A program made the translations under genes and the position numbers. The notes beneath the pieces were generated by a model, which searched no databases, was not told the origin of the DNA, and was given only the letters and a program-made list of their open reading frames with translations. DNA of 64,000 nucleotides, from IMG/VR virus record IMGVR_UViG_3300025141_000060, positions 1 to 64,000 of that record, one strand, 5' to 3'. The number at the start of each line of letters is the position of its first letter. Position 1 is the first letter of the stretch. This document shows, in pieces, positions 38,964 through 47,675 of the stretch. This DNA is from a virus.

Positions 38964-41900
38964 GATTTAAAGTACTCGCAATGTCTTTTACTACAGTAAA
39001 CTCTGAATGAGCTTTATTACTTTTTATTGAATGCTTAAAACCAAGTATTCTGTACATCCCACTAAAGAAATCAGTGGTAGATCTATTTAAGGTACTCCCT
39101 CCGTTTAAGCTAGGAGTACCCTTTAACATAACAACTGCTGGTTTCGTTATATCACTATATCGAGATATATTAAACATAGGTAAGCTTTTTACGTGGCCCT
39201 TAAACTGACTTTGAAATAACGACCTAAACAACATACACATACTAATAACACCTGAACCAAAGTTTTTACTCACCTTTCTCTTTATACCATCTGACTCCAT
39301 TAAGAAAATATCGGCTAGATCAGTACTAAGTTTTGTTAAATCTAGCTGAGGACTTCCTTTGAAAGCATCGCTATAATAAGACCCAGCCGCTCCTCCGCTC
39401 TTCCTAATACGATCTAAAACACCATATATCTGCTCAAAAACCTGATCTGAGGACATGACTCCCTTAATATCTTTGTTTTGTGCGCCTAATTTTACATACC
39501 TGTACGTCATATTATAGTATATCTCCTGTATAGTTCCAAAAAACTGAGTAAATATAAAATTATCGGCATCGAATGTGTATGACATTACATTTGAATTCTT
39601 AGTATTGCCTAAAAAGAAAGGGACCCCCAGTTCAAATAAAGAATCTAAAGCTGCTTTATTTTCATCTTTTACTAAGATACCAAACTCATCAGGTATAGAG
39701 GGTATATACGCTTGCATGGCAACATCATAATCATTAAAAAATCCCAAAGGAGTCGGTTTTAAGGATCCTCTATTTACTATTTCTTGTATTTGCGCGAAAT
39801 AAGTCCCACGCATCTTACTCCTTAGCTTAGATCGAGTAGCGGGTGTAGATTTTCTTTCTTTCAGATCTTTTATAGGTGCTTGAACAATTAAGTTCATCGC
39901 CATATCCTTGTATATTCTGTTCCAAAAGGGATCTAAGAAGTAATTAGCTCCTCGGGGGGCAATTTCGCCAACAGCAGGCACACCTCGCGCAACCTGAGAT
40001 AGAATGGATCTACTCTCAGGAGTGTATATCGCTTTATTTAATATATCTCCATAAAGATAATCTTGAATTAAATCCACATCGCCAAAAATAAAGAAATTAT
40101 CATCAGAAATATTTAATGGGGTATCAGCTAAATTTTCAGCGGAGCCCCATGGCCCAGCGCGACCCCCCCTATCCACTAGAACATTTTCTTTATATCCCAC
40201 ATACGTTCCACTACCAAACTTCTCCTTAAACTTCTGAACAACTGTAGCATCATTTTCCCAAAAACTTGTGATGTGACTCATTAAAGACGGACTTTTATTT
40301 ACTACTGCCTGTAATAACTTCTTAACTGGTTCAATGAAGTTTCCATCTTGTAAAATATCTTTTTTTGTAACCCATTCTTCAAACGTGTCCAAAGGTAATT
40401 GTAAAGACAGAATCGCATCAGCAAAGACTGTCTCTTTAGCGGGAGTAAAGGGGTCCATTACGGGTATCCGCAGCTTTCGAAGGTTTTCTTCTACGTTTTC
40501 TCTAAATTCAGTATCGTCCAAAAAACCTACCCAAAATGCGGCGTCTCGGGCTGTAACAAGAGTCTCTGAGACTGCGAATAACCCTAAACCGCCAATTTTG
40601 TCCCAATAACCTATTTCTCCGTCATCCGCTCCCACATCCATAATAGAACCTTGCAAGGTCGCTTCACCTTTGGCCTCTTCTTTAATGTAATCAGGGCTAT
40701 CTTCCCACGAAAAACCACGAACTAAACGGGGATCTACTTCTGAGCCTTCCCTTTCTCGACCGCTACCCCTTAAACCGATTTTGAATAATACATCCTTTTG
40801 TAGTTGTACCAATTCCTCCATAGTTAACTTATATAAATGATCTCCTCCTGCTACACCCCCTCCTAAATCATATCGCCCAGTTTGTAACCCAAAAATTCTC
40901 TGATTCTGATAAACAATGGATTGGAGTAGGTTTTCTGTACTTAATAAAGTCGTCTCATCCTCACCCTCTCTAGCAAATCGTTCCTGAAGCTGCTTTAACC
41001 ATGCTGACGATCCTAATGTTGATGCAATAACAGGGGCTAATAAATAATCTAAATTAGGGAGGACAATTAAATGATTCTTAATTCCTAAACCATATAAATA
41101 ATGAGAAATTAATTTAACTATATTATCATGAAGAGAAGGGGTAAACCCAGGGAAGTCCAGAATCTCACGAGTGTAACCCTTCGCTCCAAAGCGGAAGTAG
41201 AGGTCCGCAGCGGCCTTCGGTGTATCTCTATATGCCATAATTGGAATAGTTGCATTCATCATCTCCTCAAGGAAATCGCTGTTCGTGTTAGGCAGTTCAT
41301 CAAACTGGCGTCCTATATGATCAGGAGTGAAATGATAGGTTACTGTTTCTTTTTTTCCATCATTCCCATATTCTAATCTTCCTAAAATATTAGAATAACA
41401 GCCACTCCAATACCTTAAATCATCGCCCACACCATAAGCAATAAAAACACGCTGACCTCTGATATTATTTCTTATGTCTTGTTTTACCCGACTCTCAGCT
41501 ATGTCTTTAAGTTCCGATCCGATAACAAGCTCTCCTGTATCGGGAAGCCGAATCCCCTCAAGCTGGTCCCTATCGGCAGCCGAATCAAGCTTTTTAGATA
41601 AAGTCTCTAATTCACTCTTTCTATACTTAATTTCAGAGATCTTTTCTCCAAGAAAAAGATAATAAAACTTCTTTAGTATCTCTAATCCTGGCTCGAAAGT
41701 AGTTAGTTTTATAATCGGCGCACCACTGTTTGAATCTCCGAAGTTATACTCATGCGTAAACTCAAGTAAATTTACGTCAGAGGAAAGTAATACAAGACTT
41801 TTTTTACCTGCGCTCTTTCTTTGATATTCTTCAATGTCCCCGTAAAGATATTGACGATTCGCTTTAGCTACTTCCCGCTCCATATCCTGCTTGAGTAGTG

Positions 41901-42033
41901 AAAAACTGTTATAATTTGCAAAGTTTTCCGCTAGAGCCTTATCTGTAGTTAAGAATATATTATAAGTTCCAACCCTAAGATCAGTTAAACTATCCACATC
42001 ACCAAAAATATTCTTTCTTCTTTGTTGCGCCAT
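38953..42033 (-). CDS. Baseplate hub (gp27-like), enlarged
   Basis: C-terminus FFSGMYRILGFKHSI...SEFTVVK and SNVMSYTF are typical hub motifs; lies between gp53-like and spike genes. Confidence 0.65.
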   Translation of the reverse strand: MAQQRRKNIFGDVDSLTDLRVGTYNIFLTTDKALAENFANYNSFSLLKQDMEREVAKANRQYLYGDIEEYQRKSAGKKSLVLLSSDVNLLEFTHEYNFGDSNSGAPIIKLTTFEPGLEILKKFYYLFLGEKISEIKYRKSELETLSKKLDSAADRDQLEGIRLPDTGELVIGSELKDIAESRVKQDIRNNIRGQRVFIAYGVGDDLRYWSGCYSNILGRLEYGNDGKKETVTYHFTPDHIGRQFDELPNTNSDFLEEMMNATIPIMAYRDTPKAAADLYFRFGAKGYTREILDFPGFTPSLHDNIVKLISHYLYGLGIKNHLIVLPNLDYLLAPVIASTLGSSAWLKQLQERFAREGEDETTLLSTENLLQSIVYQNQRIFGLQTGRYDLGGGVAGGDHLYKLTMEELVQLQKDVLFKIGLRGSGREREGSEVDPRLVRGFSWEDSPDYIKEEAKGEATLQGSIMDVGADDGEIGYWDKIGGLGLFAVSETLVTARDAAFWVGFLDDTEFRENVEENLRKLRIPVMDPFTPAKETVFADAILSLQLPLDTFEEWVTKKDILQDGNFIEPVKKLLQAVVNKSPSLMSHITSFWENDATVVQKFKEKFGSGTYVGYKENVLVDRGGRAGPWGSAENLADTPLNISDDNFFIFGDVDLIQDYLYGDILNKAIYTPESRSILSQVARGVPAVGEIAPRGANYFLDPFWNRIYKDMAMNLIVQAPIKDLKERKSTPATRSKLRSKMRGTYFAQIQEIVNRGSLKPTPLGFFNDYDVAMQAYIPSIPDEFGILVKDENKAALDSLFELGVPFFLGNTKNSNVMSYTFDADNFIFTQFFGTIQEIYYNMTYRYVKLGAQNKDIKGVMSSDQVFEQIYGVLDRIRKSGGAAGSYYSDAFKGSPQLDLTKLSTDLADIFLMESDGIKRKVSKNFGSGVISMCMLFRSLFQSQFKGHVKSLPMFNISRYSDITKPAVVMLKGTPSLNGGSTLNRSTTDFFSGMYRILGFKHSIKSNKAHSEFTVVKDIASTLNHDK

Positions 42034-42347
42034 TAGACTAAGTTAGGTATAGAGATCGCTGCGCCTGCCTGTAAATCTTCAAAAGGATCAAAATACGAAT
42101 TAAATTGCATAGGATACCACCAATACCCAGGAGAATCATAAAAAGTATCCGAAATTAAGTCTGGCCTCTCTTTAAACATTGCGGGGATTCTCCCTGACCT
42201 CGATGGAACAGAATTTAAGGTCATAACCATATTATCATAATCTGATCCAACAGAGGTTGTTGTTGTTTTCCCTTTGTGGGTCAAATACTCTACCCCAAAG
42301 TTGTAGCGAGTATAGCTCTTGCCCATATTATTTGTTGTTACTTCCAT
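42033..42347 (-). CDS. Baseplate LysM-like wedge protein (gp53-like)
   Basis: ERPDLISDTFYDSPGYWW...N...DPF..L.AG..ISIP. Confidence 0.85.
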   Translation of the reverse strand: MEVTTNNMGKSYTRYNFGVEYLTHKGKTTTTSVGSDYDNMVMTLNSVPSRSGRIPAMFKERPDLISDTFYDSPGYWWYPMQFNSYFDPFEDLQAGAAISIPNLV

Positions 42348-42358
42348 AAGTGCCTCCT

Positions 42359-43330
42359 TTAAAGACCATCACCATAAATTAAATCATGATCCCACAACAG
42401 AGGGTCGAGAGTCGTAGTTGCTTCATGTAGCATATCATCCCACCCCTTAACTTGATCAATATGTATCACATTAGTCATATCTCGGGGATCCTTATTTCGT
42501 TGAATCTCTAATAAGGATAAAGATATCTTAATTCTATTTGGCATCAAGGTTACTACATCAAAGCCAGCCTGTTCTTCCATTGATATACTATAATTTTCAA
42601 GTACGGTAGCTATATTCTGATACAAAACACCGTGAGTAAACCGTAATATTGGAGGGCCTAAAGTAGGCTGCTTTCTGTTATTAAGACAACTCATACGAAT
42701 TAAACTTACCCAAAACAACATAATATCTAAAGCTTTTGGGTATAATTTGTCGCCAACAAACCCATCTTTATGATAAGCCACCAACTCTTCATGTAACTTA
42801 AAGTCTGTAGTTAACCCATCAGTCTCTGGAATGGTGTCCCTGTCTTCTGCGGTAGCCTCATTTATTGCTTTGGCTATTTTTTTAGATTCAGATTTAGTCT
42901 TACCATCATTAAGTTTTTTCAGAAACGCTTTTCTCTTTTTATAGTAAGTAGTTTCCATTTTAGGACCCGAATTCGCATATTTCCAAGCTTCAAAAAACAT
43001 CGCAATTTTTTCTTCTTTGCTCACAGGTGCTGGGGGTTGTGCTGTTAGTTCATTTGTTGCCATATCTACAACATGTTGTAATGTGATAAAGAACTCAAGT
43101 GTATATTTTTTGGACTTAGCTCCTGTATACCCTAGAAAATTGCTTGTTCTGCCTAAAACATCATATTTAATTAAATTTGAAGACTTTTTTTCACTAATTT
43201 TAGGGTTTTCAAAAAAAGGACAAACTCGATCTAAAGTTGCATTTGATTCGTTCGTAGGAAACTCAAATACAAGACGAGATCTTTCTTGTAATAAGTTATC
43301 AATTTTAGTTGGTTCTCCATTAAATGACAT
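42359..43330 (-). CDS. Tail tube initiator (gp48/gp54-like, CIS tube-like)
   Basis: ISEKKS....YDVLGR, PPILRFTHG, VLENYSI, PNRIKISLSLLE; directly after tape measure. Confidence 0.7.
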   Translation of the reverse strand: MSFNGEPTKIDNLLQERSRLVFEFPTNESNATLDRVCPFFENPKISEKKSSNLIKYDVLGRTSNFLGYTGAKSKKYTLEFFITLQHVVDMATNELTAQPPAPVSKEEKIAMFFEAWKYANSGPKMETTYYKKRKAFLKKLNDGKTKSESKKIAKAINEATAEDRDTIPETDGLTTDFKLHEELVAYHKDGFVGDKLYPKALDIMLFWVSLIRMSCLNNRKQPTLGPPILRFTHGVLYQNIATVLENYSISMEEQAGFDVVTLMPNRIKISLSLLEIQRNKDPRDMTNVIHIDQVKGWDDMLHEATTTLDPLLWDHDLIYGDGL

Positions 43331-43332
43331 TA

Positions 43333-44961
43333 TTATCTTTTCCTTAAGTTAGGCTTTCCTGTTTTTTCAACTGCGTCTGTTGTCTCATGAATAGCCTCTA
43401 CCACCTGAGCTGTGAATTCAGTCATCTCTTCCGATCTAGCTGAGTCCAAGGTTTGAACAGTATTCATTTGATTATTTATTAACATTCTTGTAAACTCTTC
43501 AAATCTGTTTGGGCCTTCATCGCGTTTAAGTTTTGCTAGTTCAATTTTATTTCTTTCTGATTCTAAATCAGCAATTTTTGAGGTAGAGCCTAGGAGATTA
43601 GGTAAGAAAAACAGTAATGTTGATAGTGCGGCATGAAGAAGCATAGACGTCCAAGTGCCAGTTTTTAAAGCGAACGTGTTCTGTTGCAAAGCTATATCAT
43701 GCTTCAGGGCTCGACGAGCTTTTCTCCAGTCTCGAATCTTCTCAACTATATGGTTATACTTATCCCAAACAAGTCTTGACGCACTGAACGCCATAAAAGC
43801 TTTTAATATGGTACCAATAGGGATGATATCATTAATAAACGTCAATATTGTAGTGGTTGTATTCAAAAGTCCAAGCACTAACCTACCAATATCTTCAGAT
43901 AAGGGTTGTAAAAGGGTATCAAAAGCTGTTCTAAAATCTGACATTAGGTTCTCCATAGCCTCTTGGTGGGGAGTAATGGCTCCATCTTTAAAGCCTTGTA
44001 CCAATTGATTAGCCATAACACCTACTGGACCTGCATAATCCATTCTAGCTCTACGCCCTGCAACTCCTGTAACTCCCGCTCCAAATCCTTGTACTTTGTC
44101 AGCAATACGCTCGAAAGTCGCTTTTAAATGTTCCGCAGAAGATCGTCCTGCCATGATTTTCTCAATATCATCGTGGATGCCCAACTTGCCTATTGAAGCC
44201 CAATCAGCGGTTACCAGTTGGTCTGTAAGTTCTCCGATTAAATCACCATGTTTTGGGAATTGTTTTGCTAAATCTTTAACACCTTGCATTGTTGCAGCAG
44301 CACCTCCTGTAAACCCTAGAACAGTTAAAGACTCTCCTAGCTTATTAATAGAGGAAATTAAGGTATCTGTACTAACTCCATAACGTAAACTACTTTTTTC
44401 TAATGAAGCAATTAAATTATTTTGCTGAAGATTGGTCATTACCCCCTGTGTTGCCATTTTTTTGTTAATATTTATTAAGGCAGCCACATTCTGACCAGTA
44501 ATCTTCATTCGGTTAGCTAATCTTATTGTCTCCCTATTGGCACTAAAAATACCTTCTCTTTGAAAGGACACCACAGAGTCCATTGATTTTTTTAACCCTC
44601 CAGGTAATCCATCAATTTTACTGCGATTAGCATCTAAAGCTTTTGTAAAATCTTGATTAAAAGCTAAAGTATTCTTTTGCGTTTCAATAGCCTCAGTTGC
44701 ATATCGCTGCAACTGCTTGCCAAACCACATCATAGGGAGTTTTACAGCAGTAAATGACCCTATGAGTTTTGGGAACTGGTTTTCGAGCTTAGTGAGCGCC
44801 ATTAGTAAAGGATCATACGACTCTTCATAAGTTCCGATATACTCCCTTTGCTTGGAGTCGTCCTGTGAGCCTTTACCTCCACCTCCATGGCCCCCACCTC
44901 CATGGGAATGAGTGCCGTCTTGCTGCAAAAGGGGGTATCTTTCTAATAAGTTAAAAATCAT
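43333..44961 (-). CDS. Tape measure protein
   Basis: 542-aa helical Ala/Gly/Leu-rich protein with hydrophobic C-proximal segments (MLLHAALSTLLFFLPNLLG); canonical position before tube initiator. Confidence 0.7.
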   Translation of the reverse strand: MIFNLLERYPLLQQDGTHSHGGGGHGGGGKGSQDDSKQREYIGTYEESYDPLLMALTKLENQFPKLIGSFTAVKLPMMWFGKQLQRYATEAIETQKNTLAFNQDFTKALDANRSKIDGLPGGLKKSMDSVVSFQREGIFSANRETIRLANRMKITGQNVAALININKKMATQGVMTNLQQNNLIASLEKSSLRYGVSTDTLISSINKLGESLTVLGFTGGAAATMQGVKDLAKQFPKHGDLIGELTDQLVTADWASIGKLGIHDDIEKIMAGRSSAEHLKATFERIADKVQGFGAGVTGVAGRRARMDYAGPVGVMANQLVQGFKDGAITPHQEAMENLMSDFRTAFDTLLQPLSEDIGRLVLGLLNTTTTILTFINDIIPIGTILKAFMAFSASRLVWDKYNHIVEKIRDWRKARRALKHDIALQQNTFALKTGTWTSMLLHAALSTLLFFLPNLLGSTSKIADLESERNKIELAKLKRDEGPNRFEEFTRMLINNQMNTVQTLDSARSEEMTEFTAQVVEAIHETTDAVEKTGKPNLRKR

Positions 44962-44964
44962 CTA

Positions 44965-45582
44965 CTAACCATCTAAATTTAGTCTGTATAAGGAATGCAT
45001 CCCTAAATTAAGCCTAAAGGTTCTAAACTCTGTAGTTGGAAAAAGTGCTTGCATTCCCTCAGGGGAAATATTTCCTGCATCTTTTCTTACATCTCGATTA
45101 CTTTTTTCGTTTTCCAAACTCTGGTAGGCCCTTTCTTGCTTTCTCGTTTCCATTGAATGTAAAACATTAACAACCGAAGCCATAGTATTTAGGTCTGTGC
45201 CAGAATCAATCAAAAAACACGACATCAAATCATTCTTGGTGCTTATATTTCCATAAACCCCATTTCCATATTTAGTAGCAACAATAATAGCAAAGTAAGC
45301 TTTCTTTATATACTTTAAAGAGGTATACGAAAAAACGACTAAATTTCCCGCTGTGAGAGTGCTATAACTTTTACTAGCATCTCTAGCATATAGTCGTATA
45401 AGATCCTCGGCTCTTTCTGATATTGAAGAGTTTAAACCTACAGTGTCTTCCTTAAAGCTTTGCCAAGAGAAATCATCCTCCCCCTCATTTTCCCTAATAT
45501 TATAGTAGTTCTGGAGAAAGGACGCCAAAGTATCCTTAAGGCGAAAAAAATCTCCAAAATTAGGTGTCAAAAATTCAAACAT
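44965..45582 (-). CDS. Possible DNA end-protector (gp2-like)
   Basis: AGNLVVFSY and FRTFRL patterns resemble gp2-like proteins; weak. Confidence 0.4.
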   Translation of the reverse strand: MFEFLTPNFGDFFRLKDTLASFLQNYYNIRENEGEDDFSWQSFKEDTVGLNSSISERAEDLIRLYARDASKSYSTLTAGNLVVFSYTSLKYIKKAYFAIIVATKYGNGVYGNISTKNDLMSCFLIDSGTDLNTMASVVNVLHSMETRKQERAYQSLENEKSNRDVRKDAGNISPEGMQALFPTTEFRTFRLNLGMHSLYRLNLDG

Positions 45583-45608
45583 GGTCTTATTATATATAAA
45601 TATTAAAT

Positions 45609-45905
45609 ATGTATAGTAATAGTGATATAGAGTTTATTGATTTCATAGATTTAATCAATGTTACCTTAAGTAATGATTTCATTGAAAAATGGAGATATAG
45701 ATTTAGTGAAAAATTTATTAAACATTTTCAAATAAAGATATTAAATTCATTAACCAAAAGAAAAGTAATTAAAATAGAAACTTTATATAACTATCTAACG
45801 AAAAAGTGTAAATACTCAGAAGAACAGGTAGATAACTTTTTCGATGCTATTGATATTTACCTATACTCACCGATTATTCAAGGTAAATTAAAGAAGAATA
45901 AATAA
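45609..45905 (+). CDS. Hypothetical protein
   Basis: 98-aa very AT-rich ORF exactly filling the gap; TATAAATA 6 nt before ATG. Confidence 0.6.
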   Translation: MYSNSDIEFIDFIDLINVTLSNDFIEKWRYRFSEKFIKHFQIKILNSLTKRKVIKIETLYNYLTKKCKYSEEQVDNFFDAIDIYLYSPIIQGKLKKNK

Positions 45906-46670
45906 TTATTCTTTCTTCTTTGCTTCTTGGAGTCTTTGCTCGATCAAGCAATGGTCTGTAAATTCAGGGCATAGAGACTTATAAGAACACCAATTGCAAA
46001 ACTGATTCCTAATAGGAACTAGATCAGTTTTCTTGGACTTTCTAATCTTCCAAACATCATCAACAACGGATCTGATGTGTGCATGAATTTGATTAGTAGT
46101 ATATTGTACGTTTACAAAAGTATTTGTTAGTGGGTAGTAATGTGCGGCAGTTATCTTGTTAAGCGGCACGTTATACAGTTTATGGACTGCATAAACATAA
46201 CCCTTTAGTTGGGGGTCTTGGTAAAGTTCGACCTTACTCTTCTCCCTCTTGGATGTTTTGTAGTCTATAACTAAATAACCACCCTCTTTTCCTTTTATTA
46301 TCCTATCAATATATCCATTAATAGTGATACCTTCTGCTACTTCCAGATCGAAGTGTTGTTCTGATATACCTATTTCAGGTAAAGTAGCGTTAAATCTTAA
46401 GAAATTCCTTAAACAAGGAAGAACTTTACTATTATAAGATGAAGCAAAAGTATATTTTTCTTTTTTTTCTTCTGCCAATTTCTCTAATGTATCTAAATCG
46501 GTCGCCTCGACCCCATCTTCAAAAATTTGGTGAATATATGAACCAAAATGAAGGGCATCGGTGTTTGATAGATCGTAGTCAGCAATGCGGTCTACATAGC
46601 GATAGCGATATTTAAGTTTACATTGGTTGAACGTGTCGCGTTTTGAATTACTAATTGTATTTATGAACAT
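45906..46670 (-). CDS. PD-(D/E)XK exonuclease, Cas4/RecB-like with Fe-S cysteines
   Basis: FNQCKLKY, FGSYIH, GYIDRI...VIDYKT, QLKGY, CNWCSYKSLC. ATG at 46670 with GAGGA RBS is preferred over the track's TTG at 46685. Confidence 0.85.
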   Translation of the reverse strand: MFINTISNSKRDTFNQCKLKYRYRYVDRIADYDLSNTDALHFGSYIHQIFEDGVEATDLDTLEKLAEEKKEKYTFASSYNSKVLPCLRNFLRFNATLPEIGISEQHFDLEVAEGITINGYIDRIIKGKEGGYLVIDYKTSKREKSKVELYQDPQLKGYVYAVHKLYNVPLNKITAAHYYPLTNTFVNVQYTTNQIHAHIRSVVDDVWKIRKSKKTDLVPIRNQFCNWCSYKSLCPEFTDHCLIEQRLQEAKKKE

Positions 46671-47675
46671 ATGTTTAATCCTCAATTTATTAAAGACTAC
46701 CTTACCGAAAAGTTGAATACGGATTATCGTCTATCTTCTAATAGTGCGGAGTTAATCATCCCCTCTGTATTTATAGAGGATGATTATAAAAGGCATATGA
46801 GCGTTAACCTTGAAACAGGACTCTGGCAGTGCTTTAAAACGGGCAATCAAGGTAATTTCATTAAACTTTACTCAATTTTAGAGGGGATTAGCTACAGGGC
46901 TGCTGAATCAAAGCTCCTTTTTCAAGGCGCTGAGACGGGTTTATGGGATTTATGGGAGGACCAAACTGCAAAACCCAAAGAAACCCACGAAATAACGCAA
47001 AAACTAGACACCAGCGGCTTTATTCCAGTAAATATTGATAGTTATGACTCAAATAACCAACTCGTAGTTAGAGCATGGAAGTTTTTGATGGACAGAAAGC
47101 TCTTTAATCTTAAGGAGTTTGACGAAGAGCCGTATTATGTGGCTTGCGAGGGTAAATATCGAGGAAGACTTATTATCCCCTTTAAAGATTACGATGGAGA
47201 GATCTTCTTTTTCCAAGCCAGAAGCCTTATGCATGGGCTTACTCCTAAGTACCTGAATCCTAGCTCTGAAAATGGTGTAAAATCGAGCAATATTCTTTAC
47301 CCCTTCGACTTTGAGCGTGAACACCTATGCGTTTGCGAAGGACCCTCCGATGCGATTACGCTCAATTTAAATGGCTTAAATGCAACATGTACCGTAGGTA
47401 GCACAATCTCCAATGTTCAAATGCAAACCTTAAGGGAGTTCGAAGGTAGAATTATCTTAACTTACGACAACGATGCTGCTGGGACCCGTGGAATTGAAAA
47501 GTTCGAACACTTAAGAAAGAAGTACCTGATGCCGACATTTTCCATTTGCACTCCTCCCATTAAATATAAAGACTGGAATGAAGCTCATCAAGCAGGAGAG
47601 GATTTATATGAATGGTTTACTGAAAAAACCTACGAATACAACTACGATAATAAAACGCTTAGAAGCTTAGATTAA
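46671..47675 (+). CDS. DNA primase (DnaG-like, TOPRIM)
   Basis: WQCFKTG, GRLIIPF, FQARS, KYLNP, VCEGPSDA, YDNDAAG, KDWNE. Confidence 0.9.
   Translation: MFNPQFIKDYLTEKLNTDYRLSSNSAELIIPSVFIEDDYKRHMSVNLETGLWQCFKTGNQGNFIKLYSILEGISYRAAESKLLFQGAETGLWDLWEDQTAKPKETHEITQKLDTSGFIPVNIDSYDSNNQLVVRAWKFLMDRKLFNLKEFDEEPYYVACEGKYRGRLIIPFKDYDGEIFFFQARSLMHGLTPKYLNPSSENGVKSSNILYPFDFEREHLCVCEGPSDAITLNLNGLNATCTVGSTISNVQMQTLREFEGRIILTYDNDAAGTRGIEKFEHLRKKYLMPTFSICTPPIKYKDWNEAHQAGEDLYEWFTEKTYEYNYDNKTLRSLD

Noticed and set aside
45906-46670. CRISPR-Cas locus
   Set aside because: Only a Cas4-like nuclease; no repeat-spacer array or other cas genes seen.
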